A stretch of 33,219 bases of DNA, from positions 1 through 33,219 of the forward strand of contig ADNK01000462.1 of NCBI GenBank assembly GCA_000320545.1, given 5' to 3'. The notes under the pieces were generated by a model. The model searched no databases and was not told the DNA's origin. It saw only the letters and a program-made list of their open reading frames with translations. This DNA comes from Bigelowiella natans CCMP2755 (taxonomy: Eukaryota; Protista; Cercozoa). The position numbers were made by a program, and so were the translations under genes. Shown piece by piece: positions 21,984-33,219 of the stretch. Numbering within the stretch: position 1 is the stretch's first letter; each line of letters starts with the position of its first letter.

Positions 21984-24900
21984 ACATCTACTACTACCAC
22001 CATTGTTGAAGTAATAGTAACGGCTCTTCTCCGAAGAAATATGAGCATTGGTATTGGTTGCACCACCATCATAATGATGGTTGCTGCCCCCCCCCCCCAA
22101 TTTGGTGGACGATGTACCGCGATCATGCTGCTGCCGGAGAGAATCATATGGCCCCACCACCTCCTCCTGCTGCTGCTGCTGTCGATGTGCTGCCATGTTG
22201 TTCGGCATCATCATCATCATCATCGTTGTTGTTGTTGGTTTTGGCGTTGTGATGACTGTTGTCATCTTGAGGTCACGCACCATATGTCCGAGCTTCCATG
22301 TGCGCAGTTTTCTTCCTTCTAGATCCCAGATTACGATATTCTTCTGCAGCAAAAAGCTGCTGATGATGTGCTTTCCGTTTGGATGCCATGAGCACGACAG
22401 CGTTGTGTCGGGAGCTTCTGCTGCTGCCACCGCCGCTGCTAAGACCGTGCCGCCGTTGTCGTCGTTGTCGTTGTCGTCGTTCGCATCGTCTTCGTCATCA
22501 TCGTCATCATCGTCATCATCGTCATCATCATCGTTGTTGTTAGTCCCAATATCATTGTCTTCGTCGTCATCGTCGCTGCTATTTCGACTGTTGTTGTTTC
22601 CACCACTGGCAGTCCTTGATGTTCTCCCCACCCTCCTCCTTCTTCTTCTTCTTGTTCTCAACCGCTGTTGTTCGGAGAGTGCTTCTGATGATGGTGTTGT
22701 TGTTGTTGTTGTTGTTGTTGCTGCTGCTGCTGCTGAAAAATTCATTGCCGCCGCTGGGGCCCATAATGTTGCTGATGCCGTAGCACCGGCAGTAGTTGAT
22801 ATTGAGCCATTCGTTGTTGCCGTCGTCGCCGTCGCCGTCGCCGTCTGCTCTACTATTGGGGGGGGCACCGAGAACTTGCATCTGCCTACCTTGACATCCC
22901 AGACCTTGAAGCATGACTTGTGATCGGAGGAGAGGAGCAGTGAGCTGCATTTCGGATTCCAAGCAAGGAAGGACGGAGGGTTCTCCTGATCATGCTCACT
23001 CTTGCTTTCCCTCCTCCTCCTCCATCTCCTCCTCCTCCCACTTCTCCCCATCCTCCTCCTCCTGCTACTGCTACTGCTGCTATTGCAATTGCCCCTCTTG
23101 CTATCCCCCCCCGTATCTTTACTACTGCCCTTGCTATTACTCCTATCATTCGAACGCTGCAGCTTACTACTGCTACTATTACCTCCACTATTTTTCTCTT
23201 CCCCATCCTCCTGCTCCTCCTCCTCCTCCTCCCCCCCCTCTTCCCCCCCCTCCATATTATCCCCACTATCATCATCAAGGAGCCGACGCAACATGGTGAT
23301 GCGGCCACCCTCCATGACATCCCAGATGATGATAGAGTTATCCTTGGAGGCCGAGGCCAGTCGCCTCCCGTCGTGCGAGAAGCATACATCCCACACCTCG
23401 TCCTTGTGCTCTTCCAGCACCGAGAGGCAGCTTCTGGGGATGATCTCGGCTTGGGAGCGAGCAAGGTGGTTGTGAAGAAGAGAGAACGAACTACGGCGGG
23501 AATTTACTCGACTGCTGGCGCCGCTGTTGCCGTAAGGAAGCTGGCACTGCATGACCTGGTGAGGTTAGTAGGCAGTCGGCGAAAAGGGGAGGGGGGGGGA
23601 GAGGGCGAAATGAAAGAGGAATAAACTCACATATTGGTTCTGTACCGACCAGCTACCCATCACTGACGAAATCATATTTATTCTTCCAGTTTCGTCGATA
23701 TTATTATCTCAGCTGATGAGTCAACATCGAGGGGGGAGGGGGGGGGGGGGGGAAGGTGTGCGAGGTACAGAGATTTATGACGACCTGGTAAGATAGGCTT
23801 TGTTCCAGCAACGTGAGCATCCTCCTCTTCGGAATAGTGTAGGAGGGATCCATCAGCCCGTGCAACCTAGAAAGCAGCTTTTTCCTGGCCCCACCCTGCA
23901 CTCCTTCCCAGCCTGCTGCCTTACGCAGCTCGTCGGGATCAGAGTATCTAAGGAAGCTGTGTAGTGGAGAGTGGCGGGGGGGGGAGGGAGTGTTGGGAGT
24001 GAATCAGAAAACGAAAGCGAATATGATGATTTCACTCACTCACTCACTCACTAGCTCGTTCACTTGATAAATTCCGCAACCACGTACCTCGAGAGGACAT
24101 TGAGCTTACGTTTATCGTTGCTTAAAGCGGGGGTTAGATGCTTTCGTAAGGTGGCTAGCGACTCAGGTATTTTGCCGCTCTCAAGATCCTCCAGAAACTT
24201 CTGTTCAAAGATTAGGACCCTCGCCTACAGAAGAAAGAGGAAAACATATTTCAGATATTAATTGTGAGAGAACAAGCCTTAAAAATCTTAGGGGCGTTCA
24301 TGTGCTGTGCGTCAGTGCGCATATTCCAGTTCGCAAAATATTTCTTAGTTCTCTTTTTCAATAAGCCATCATCACCCCCACCACCACCACCACCATCACT
24401 GTAACCATCGCTACTATCGCTTTCATCAATCGGTATGAAGTTTAATCGTGAAATTTAGCAAATCAGGTCACATCGGTTATTTTGATTCAATGGCACGGCT
24501 GTTCCATCGAAGTACTCTCTCAACACGCTGAAACGAAAGCATAAGTAAACTGACGCGATGATTATACTACCTTCTCTAGCATCTTTGGTCCCATGTTCAT
24601 CCGGGGCAGGAATTCCAGAGCAACCTTCCAATCTCCAGATTCGACACTCCGACGGAACTCGGTCACGCACTCATGCTCCAGTTGTATTCCCGATTCCTCC
24701 GACAATAGCTCTGCGGATTTCCTAGGAGGAGGAGATTTTTATGACGAAGATGGATAAGTCATGCATGTATGTTTTGATGATGACATAAGGGCGGTGGAGA
24801 GAAAATAATTGGCAGATTGCTATGTTAAATGGAATCATTCTCACTCGCATCCAAGGTCCTTCATTGACTGGATCATGATTCGAATCAAGTCTGCTCTGTC

Positions 24901-25152
24901 GAACGAGAACCCACCGTCGGTGACCACCATTTGCTGCTTGCGTGCGGCTGTTATTCTGTCAGTCGTTCTGGAAACGTCGTTTTCATGAACACCATTTGAA
25001 TTCGAAGAAGAGCTTCTTGTTTCTCTTTGTTCACCATTGGGTAGGCCTCTTCCATTTGATTTGGGTGCCTTTGCTTCTACTACATGTCCATCCACACCGT
25101 TTTTCATTTGCTCCCCTCGCCTCTTCTTCGCTGTAGATGGAGAGCGAGGCAA
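20899..25152 (-). CDS. WDR26: WD40-repeat protein 26 / GID7 orthologue (LisH-CTLH + WD40; CTLH E3 ligase subunit)
   Basis: LisH DRADLIRIMIQSMKDLGCE|KSAELLSEESGIQLE; CTLH VTEFRRSVESGDWKVALEFL...|ARVLIFEQKFLEDLESGK; WEGVQGGARKKLLSRLHGLMDPSYTIPKRRMLTLLEQSLSYQ; VLEEHKDEVWDVCFSHDGRRLASASKD; YDGIKQSRYVVQAAFGG...FVISGSE|DSQVYIWHRSNGELAAVLSGHSGTVNAVAWSP...FVSASDDRTIRVWG. True start uncertain: first ATG in this exon is 25107 and upstream exons are possible. Confidence 0.93.
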
Positions 25153-26340
25153 AGAATGACTTGGCCGAGGCCGCTTCGTTGAGTTCGTGATGGCTGCTGT
25201 GACCCTCAGCCGCTGTGGGATTATTACGATCGTACGACGAACATGATGACTGGTAAGATCTTGTGGATATTGTGTTGAGGAGAATCAATGAAATACTGAT
25301 GTTTTTTCGATTGGTGAAGAGGCGAGCGAAAAGGTATGAGAGACACTCGTAGGATGATATGGGAGACGCGCAAAAGCAAGGCATGAGGATCGATCAAACG
25401 GACATCTTTCTCTGGCAACGCCTTATCCGAAGGACAACTGCACGCGAAAATGTTAGACAAAACGAAAAATATAATCGACTCAATCCTTGTGAGTCCTATT
25501 GATTGGACCTCTCGTCGAAAATTAATATAAACATTGCTGGAGGACATGCCTGGTTGGAGTTCGCACCCACGGTGGTTACCCACCCTGAGTTTGGAAAATT
25601 CAAACAAGGCCGAACCATTCAGTCCGAAGTTTGCACTTTATGTGTTTACCTGCAAAGTTTGGCGTGGGCCTAAAGGGGTTTTCTCGTTTGTGTCTTCCGG
25701 AAGGAGTAAGGCAAGTGGGGGGGATAGTAAGACAAGGTTTTAGATTTTCCGATCATAATTCCCCTTCAATGAATAGCTCAAACATAGTAATTTCCCTATC
25801 TACGGCAAGACTTTTTATTTGACGTATTTACCTTCAAATGGTTTATTCGGAACATAATTCTTGGATCCCACCCATGTTTCCACTCAAAAGATTTTGGCTT
25901 CTGAAATGCTGATCATTCTGGTCGAGCGACATTATTTTCTTGCAGCACATCCATAAAAAAACCCGTGATATCATTTTCGGAAGCAATCATGGAAGGATAG
26001 CAAAGAATGAGCGTGCGATTTCTGTCGGAATGTGATAGTAGCAAGCAAACTCATAAAAATAGAGGCCAAATTTAGAGTTCTCCGAGCCAATTTTTTGGAA
26101 TCTATGTTTGAGTACGAAGGGTTGCTTCCAGAAACGTATGAGCACGAAGCACATAGTGCGCCGAAAAAATCATTTGCGAACTCGATTGCAGACGTCTAGG
26201 TCTAGATCTAAATATGCAAAAAGTGTTCTCTTCGAAGGAAAGATGTTAATGGAGGGGATAATTTCGAACAGCGTCATCCTTTCCTCCTTGTCGCAACTGG
26301 AACCATTCGTATTCGCGTGAAATTCGCCCCCCCAGGTCCG
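25153..26340. promoter_or_regulatory. Divergent intergenic region between WDR26 (-) and the TPR gene (+); may include unrecognised 5' exons
   Basis: Lies between opposing 5' ends and is repeat-free. Contains GTCTAGGTCTAGATCTA at ~26194-26210. Confidence 0.45.
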
Positions 26341-29300
26341 ATGCTGTCACAATCGCGCAAGCGTCAAAGGGACCTATCCTCAGGATTAGAGGTGGTAGCG
26401 GGGAGTACTGTAAATGCAACATCCACAAGCAGTTCGGGATATAGTATTCGGCGAAAGTGCGCGAGGAAAAGCGGAGGGCCAAAGCGTCGGTCTGGGCGAG
26501 AGAGAAATTTCGATGGAACATCACGGGTGATGGTTTCAGCGCTAAAAGCACGCAAACCTTAATGAAATAAATGAGACTGTATGAAATAACCAGAAGATTT
26601 TTAAAATCTTCCCATATTTGCATGCAAGAGCCAATAGATAAGCGTGTTCGAGCCTCCTTCGATCTGCTCTTTATCAACTTCCTTTGTGTACTTTCTATTT
26701 TTCCGGACATGATGAATGGCTCCAGAGAATAATGATAGAATAGGGGCAAGAGGGAAATTATGAAATGAATGGTATAAGGGTGGCAGGATGTTAAAAAAGT
26801 TCAGGTGCATAAAATAGAGGAAGATGAGGCATGAATTATCCAATCATACCCTCGTTGACTAATTTTACATTGGGAAATTATGAAATGAATGGTATAAGGG
26901 TGGCAGGATGTTAAAAAAGTTCAGGTGCATAAAATAGAGGAAGATGAGGCATGAATTATCCAATCATACCCTCGTTGACTAATTTTACATTTACAATCTA
27001 GGATCTCGAAAGGAAGATTCGTGCTGTCTCAAGTAGCTCATTATTCTCTCATAACAAACTAACGAGGCAAGCAGGGCCCAGCACGAGCACGGATGGAGGG
27101 GGTGTTGACAGCGATGCTTCGCCACTCGCTGATTTAATGCGTTTGACTGAGATATTCGAGTCAACGTACAAGGGGCTAGCATCGGGTGATTGGTCTCTTT
27201 ACAATACAGCGATAACTACTTCTTCGCCGTCTTCACCTTCGTCATTACCTTTGACTTGGGATACGGCAAGACAGTACTCACGAGCGAGAGCATCATCTAC
27301 GTTGCGAGGCATGCTGACGTCCGAGAGAATTTCACGAGCAGGGCGTGGGAGATCGAGTGGCATTGGATTGAGTCGTCGTCGTACCTCTGAGGATGCGTAC
27401 CACTTTAAGCTATATTCTCCCTCAACTTCCAGCCTGTGAGACTCTCTACCCTCTTCGCACCCCCCAAATATACACACACAAACGCACACGCACACGCACA
27501 CGCACTCATGTAAGAGAGGGAGAAAGAGAAAAACACATTGAGAGCACAGATATTGAGAGCACAGATATCTTCCGGAAGACTTTATCGCTTTAACTGCCGC
27601 CCCTCGCTACCATAGGTACGGCGCCGATCTCAGCTTCAAAGACGGCAAATCCCATCGCATTTTAACACGCACGCGCCTGCAGAGGTACAGGAGGGGAAGG
27701 GGGCAAGGGGGCGTGCGGCCCCGCCATCATCGAAGCGATTCTGAGGATCTCGACTATCCCGCGCTCCCCCCCCCCCCTTGGAAAAGTGACCCGCTTGCCC
27801 TTCGTTTGCCATCTACGTGCAGGATATTACAGTTCGGCGTGCAGAGGCCCAGGTGGACAACTATGGCGTTGGATCCAACCGTAACCACCGAGGGAGGGCA
27901 GCAGCTATCGGCATCATCGGTGTCGTACAGGGGGGGAGAGGGAACAAAAGTTCAGGAGAAGGAGAAGCGAGATCAGGCCCTTGCGAGTGGGGAGCTACCA
28001 GGTTGTAACGATGGGGGGCGGGAAATGAGGAGGAGTGGAGGGGGACGGAATGTGGAGCGAAGATGATTTTTTGAGGGTTCGGTGTTAAAATGGGCATGAA
28101 AGTACGATCTTGCTAGTTTTGAGAAAGAAAGTTTACATTTTCACATATCTCCTACTCCTCCCCTCACATCTCTTCCTCCTCATCCTGGTGATTCTCATCT
28201 TCTTCTCAGACCTTAGCGACGAGCTAATCGACGAGCTACGCGAGCATTATGAGGATTTCCACGAACACCGCATATTTCTCCGTCAAACTCAGAAAAATCA
28301 CTCAGGAGGGGAGGGGGGGAGACGAAACAGCAGCAACGACTGGGACGGAGCGTGTAGGAGAATGTTTGCAGACGAATTAGACCTTATCAGGAGGTATCAT
28401 CGTACGGTGAGGGCATCGGAGAGCATCATGCTGGCACTTGCGGACATCCTCGGCCGTCCGGTACATGTTGATGGATGTTTTTTTTAGATAAAAGGGAAGA
28501 GAATAAACAGGGAAAATGCGCCACAATTAAGCGTGTATTCACCAACATTATGTCTTGCGTTGTAATCGCCGGCAGATAGATGAATCGGTCATCGTATATC
28601 GTTCCATTATATTGATACTGATGCTCGTGCGCATATCATGATTTCAAAGTATTTTGAGTTAGAAGTCATCACTCTCACTCTTCCCTGTCCCCCCCCTCCC
28701 CCGCATGCCCCTGCTCGATAATATACATACTGTGTAAGGGGTAAGATCTATCGTAACCGCTTTCTACTTCAACGTTGTTTGCAATGTAATGGTAGGTGGC
28801 GAGTATTGCTGAGGTATGGCTCGTGTGCGAAGAGCGAACTCCCAAGGGCCTCTGGTCCTTGCACCTCCCAATGAAAGCAAGAGAGAAGAGGAGGAACAAC
28901 AACACCAAAAAGAAAAAGGAGGGGGGGAAAGACCACGGGGAAATCAATAGGCAAAGGAGGCTAATCAAGCAGAGGAGGAAGAATTCGGGAACGTGCAATG
29001 GCGGAGACAATACAAGAGAAGCGAATAGTATCAGAGGCCGGGGGCGAGGAGGGGGGCGAGGGGGTGGGAGCAGCATCTTCGGCCACGCCGAGGAGAACTC
29101 AGCGCTGTCAGAAGCACTAAAGGCGTCCCTTTCGATCGAGATAGATCGTCACGGAGAGAATCACCCTATTGTTGCTCGTTCCCGCATGCATCTTGCCCTC
29201 GCCCTCCACGCCGTCCAGAACTACGAGGGCGCGTTGAAGTACCTCCAGGAAGTTGCGGTTTTCGAGGAGAATGCGGCACGGCGCGGGGGATCCGGCGGGG

Positions 29301-31068
29301 AGTTGACCGCGGGGGCTGTATTCGGGTACGTGCGCTACGTAGCAAAGAATTGACTAAGTAGTTTGTTTGCCGTCCTATGAGGAATGCTTTGTGTATCTAT
29401 CTCATGCGACATCATCATCATCATCATCATCATCCCAATTGAGCATGATCCTTGCACGACAAAGAAGCATCCTCCTGTTTCTACCCACCATTCTATTGAG
29501 GGTTTTTATTTTTATCTTTAAATGTGTACACGTCGCTGCTGTGCGAATACGGTGTGTGGAAGAAGCCAAATGAGTACCAGTGTGAGAAGCAGTGATGATT
29601 AGCAGGAAGAAGCAGTCTACGTGTTGTTGTGCTGTGATAATACCTTTTATAACCTCACGTATGCGATTCTCTCCTCCTCCTCCTCCTCCTCCTCCTCCAC
29701 CTCCTCCTCCCATACCAGATTCGGGGGCGCGCGAATGATGATCGGCAACTTATACATGGAGATGGGGGAGTTCGAAAAAGCACGGCAGACTTTCGAAAAA
29801 ATCGTGCCTTACGGATTCGCCTCCCAACGAGGCGACGAGAGCAGCGGGAACAAGAAGAAGAAGACGGAGAAGACGAAGAAGACGAAGAAGAGGAAAGCAT
29901 CGAAAAGGGGGGGGCATCAGGGCGTTGACACCCGATCTAATCTTGATGGCGAAGGAGGCTCTGAAGAAATACACGCTGTGCAGCAACAACGGCCGCACCC
30001 TGCCATTGGGTACATGCTAGCTACCTCTCCTTCCACTTTGCGACACAGAAGAGCACATTATCCTCTTCCTACTTTTATTTTACCAAAATATCAAGACGTA
30101 GTTACTGGGCATGCAAACAAACACGTCGATGTTAACTCCAAGGAGTGAAGGGGGGGGGGGGGGGCAAGTACAGCAGAACATATTTATTCTGTAATGATGA
30201 TTGATTCACTCCTCCTCACACCAGCACCAACCATCACCATCATCACCATCTTCACCACCATCAGCAGCAGCAGCAGCACTACTCCAAATGCCATGGTTGA
30301 TGTATAAGTGCATATGGCTTTTCTCATCCCTCACTGATATGTCGTGAAATGTTGTTTGTGTTATCATCATCGTCGTCAACGCTATCGTGAAGTGTCGCTC
30401 TCGCAAATATGGGCGCTGCGTGCTTTGAGATGGGCGAGATCAAGAGGGGCAGACAGCACTTGGAGGAAGCAGTGAGCGTCTTTAACGCTGTGCTCGGCAA
30501 CTCACATCTCTACACGAAGATATCCTCGACCTTTCTCGCATCTCTTTCCGAGGAATTTCCGCCAGAACGAGAGCAGGAAGGGGGAGTTGGGGCGGAAAAG
30601 ATGGAGGAAGAGGGAGAGGAGATAAATAAGGGAAAGAAGAGCTCGGTCACTGGCACACCTAGCAGTAGCCCCTCCACCAATGAAAATATTTCGAAATCAA
30701 CAGTAACATCAACAACTGAAGGGAGGGGCGGCAGCAACGATGAATCAAAGCAGCCAAAATCCGCACACATTGATGAGGAAACCAACGACGGCAAGGACAA
30801 GAAAGATAAGAGTAATACAAATGATGCTGATGATAGTACTACTGCTATGTCGAACATACATCGTGGTGAGCAGCATCTTTCCAAGGAAACAAGGAAGCAG
30901 CAGCAGCCCACGAAGAAGAACGTTGGAACGGTTGGAGGGAAACAGAAAGAGGGACACCACTGCAACAAAGAGAACCAACAAGACAGGAGAAGGAGCACAG
31001 AGGGGGGGGGGACAGAGCTCGAGGCTCGCATCCAGGCTAAAGTTGAGCGGGTTCTGATCGATGTGTAG
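26341..31068 (+). CDS. Multi-exon protein with kinesin-light-chain-type TPR repeats and an uncharacterised N-terminal region
   Basis: TPR-like helices ALKASLSIEIDRHGENHPIVARSRMHLALALHAVQNYEGALKYLQEV; ARMMIGNLYMEMGEFEKARQTFEKI; HPAIG|VALANMGAACFEMGEIKRGRQHLEEAVSVFNAVLGNSHLYT. Upstream exons start at 27002 (DLERKIRAV..., in frame with ORF 27137), ~27616, ~27823 and ~28210. The start codon and the 3' end are both uncertain. Confidence 0.75.
26752..26991 (+). repeat. Perfect 120-bp tandem duplication (26752-26871 / 26872-26991)
   Basis: Two identical copies read directly from the sequence (GGGAAATTATGAAATGAATGG...GTTGACTAATTTTACATT). Confidence 0.97.
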
Positions 31069-31669
31069 TAGCAGTGTAGCACATATAACAAAGACATCAT
31101 TATTTTATCAAAGCGAATTCTCAAATTGACAGTCAAAATAGACAAAGAGAGGGAGGATGGAAAAAAAACTAATGCTTTGGGCTATTACCACTTCTCCTCC
31201 TCCTTCTTCTCATCCTTCTTATTGTTGTTATCGTTGTTTACATGAAGCAGATCTTGAAGATGTGCCAGCTGGTGTCAGGAGCCATCCGATGTTCTCCCAA
31301 CATACAATTTCCTCAATGCGACACGCACAAATGGTGCAAACATCTCACTAAGGTCGTCGTTATCATCCTGTGCTTTCGCTTCCTAAAGATAATATCGATA
31401 AAGCGTGGTAGTGAAGGAATGCCTTTCTTCCAAAAAATAATATAATTAGAAGAGTGGTAGCGAGGGAAAACTTCGGAAGATTGTTTTGTTTGGATCATCG
31501 ATGATTTTTGGTCCCTCGAAACGCCGGCAAAAAGGCCGTGGCAGTTTTCGATGCTTCATCTTGAATTCTGATTTATATAAAAAGATTGGCGCTTTGCTTT
31601 CGCGACAATAGGCATATGCATTATTCAATGTCGCAGGTACTTGAAGAGGAGCGTGAAGCACGAGTAATC

Positions 31670-32431
31670 ATGGCAGAGGACCTTCTCCGCAATAAGTAAT
31701 CGTCCCCCCCTCTTCTTCTTTCTTCCAATATCAGTGAGATGGGGGAGGGAGGGGGGAGGGAGGGAGGAGGGGGGAAGAGAGAGTCGGAAATGCGAAACGC
31801 AGCGCCTTCATGATTACAGTAGCACGACTGTAAGCACTTCTACTAGAAATCTGCGGCTTATCTGTTGTTTTTGAAACATCCATCCACTGCACAATCGAAT
31901 AGGAGGAAAAGGCCAATCGCGAAGAAGAGAGAAATGGTGACTTCGTCGTCAACATCGCTACCATCATCATCATCATCATCATCATCATCATTGGCGGTTG
32001 CTTCTTCTAGCAAGAAGATCGGGAGCGTAACCAGGCATGGCAGCCTGCGAAGGGGGGGGGGGGCTGGTAGGAACATGATCGGAAGCTTGGAGGTGAATGC
32101 TTTAAGAGAGGGCCTCATCACAGATGAAGACCTCAAAATACCAAAGTTGACGAGAGGCAGTAAAGCGAGCAGGAATGGGAGGCGCAGAAATGGAGGGGTG
32201 ATTGACGACGATGGCGATGGAGACTGTGCAAGAGAAGACGACGATAACATCAGAGGGAGAGGAGGAGGAGGAGGAGGATGGAGGAGGAGGAGGAGGAGGA
32301 GGGCGCGTTAATGAGAGAAGCAGCTCCGAGGTTGACACTAAGCAGCAGCAGCAGCAGCAGCAGGACTTGAGAAAAGGCACACTTTTCAAGGGGCGAAACA
32401 CCTCTTTTCACTGGATAAATGAGGTGGTGAT

Positions 32432-32482
<51 letters not shown>

Positions 32483-32854
32483 CAGATAGAAAGATATCAC
32501 ATCATCCTCCCCTACCCCCCCCACACACACCTGCACTTATATTGCATCCTATGATGACGGCGACTGTACCCCCTACCACCTCCATGCGTTCAGGTGAATG
32601 GCGACTCCCTCCCACGCAACTACATTATGACCAACAAATCGATCTTACACCCCAGTGTCAAGTAGGAATATAGAGCATCAGCGCGGGAACCGTAGAGAAG
32701 GAGAGGGGGGGGAGGAGACTATGAAACATCAGTCCCAGAGATTGATTGTGAGTGTGTGTGTGTGTGTGTGTGCGCGCGCGCGCTTGTTTTTTCAGATTAG
32801 ACGAAAACTTTCTGTACGGATGCAGCTGTGAAGGCGGATGTAAGAGTAAGGTGC

Positions 32855-32913
<59 letters not shown>

Positions 32914-33219
32914 AGCAAGTTACGACGAGAGAATATGTGATGTGAAAACAACCCCGCCGCATGGGGAAAACTAACGACAGCAACGGGAACAACCCCTACA
33001 ACAACAACTTAAGATTAGCACTTGTGTTGTATCCCCACCCCGCGAAAATACTTAAAATGTCAGGGCCCCAAAATGTGTCCCTTTTGCCTTTATTTTGCAG
33101 ATAGTTACTATGAAAAAAAAACGGAGAGGTGCTACCCCCAGAGGCCGGTGGAGAAACTAAAATTTTTCATCAAATGCCCAATGAGGAAGTTGACACCATC
33201 AACCGATGGAGTTGGGGAA
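31670..33219 (+). CDS. 5' part of a SUV39/Clr4/DIM-5-like histone H3K9 methyltransferase (start of the pre-SET domain), truncated by the window end
   Basis: MAEDLLRNK|RKRPIAKKR (NLS-like) ... SFHWINE|VNGDSLPRNYIMTNKSILHPSVK|LDENFLYGCSCEGG matches the typical pre-SET entry of SUV39/DIM-5 proteins (I.xVNxxD..xP.nF.fi..sil...v...d..F..GCxC). The SET domain itself is not visible, and a 1-nt frame break lies at 32279. Confidence 0.65.

Noticed and set aside
22081-23624. Long plus-strand ORFs (280, 210 and 157 aa) opposite WDR26
   Set aside because: Antisense to a trinucleotide-rich exon; low complexity explains the lack of stop codons.
25383-25743. Possible small plus-strand gene between WDR26 and the TPR gene
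   Set aside because: No recognisable motif and no consistent exon chain; more likely promoter, UTR or WDR26 5' exons.
26752-26991. CRISPR array or LTR interpretation of the 120-bp repeat
   Set aside because: Two abutting copies with no spacer, no TG...CA ends and no target-site duplication, in a eukaryotic intron context.
30510-31145. 211-aa minus-strand hydrophobic ORF (and the similar 19001-19633)
   Set aside because: Antisense to purine-rich, charged exons of the TPR and TBC genes, which yields spurious Leu/Ser/Phe-rich ORFs.
1-33219. Most short ORFs in the six-frame track (poly-CV, YI, SL, ER, poly-I/H/S peptides)
   Set aside because: They are stop-free readings of microsatellites or antisense shadows of real exons and carry no conserved motifs.
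33040-33219. Next pre-SET exon (expected to supply further Cys residues)
   Set aside because: Candidate acceptors at 33063 and 33100 do not give the expected Cys after GCSCEGG; the exon could not be assigned and may lie beyond the window or in lower-quality sequence.

Overview
Eukaryotic nuclear DNA with many GT-AG introns and very dense microsatellites. Most entries in the six-frame ORF track are repeat-driven artefacts. I spliced exons by hand and recovered seven genes: (1) minus strand, a signal-peptide protein with a thrice-repeated unknown module (~700-3797); (2) plus strand, an F-BAR + SBF2-like domain protein (4369-10871); (3) minus strand, a SOUL heme-binding protein (11834-14304); (4) plus strand, a TBC RabGAP (15138-19586); (5) minus strand, WDR26/GID7 (20899-~25152); (6) plus strand, a TPR protein (~26341-31068); (7) plus strand, the 5' part of a SUV39/DIM-5-like pre-SET histone methyltransferase (31670 to the end). 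Genes 1-6 alternate strand. The head-to-head (promoter) zones are nearly free of microsatellites. Both fully visible tail-to-tail spacers carry a 400-600 bp block rich in CTAG/AGCT/CATG palindromes, and the two blocks share an identical 14-mer (CTATCTAGCTATAG). These blocks are the best candidate for an undescribed element. The host is probably a protist alga; chlorarachniophyte-like is my guess and is not proven. All exon boundaries are manual inferences without RNA evidence.
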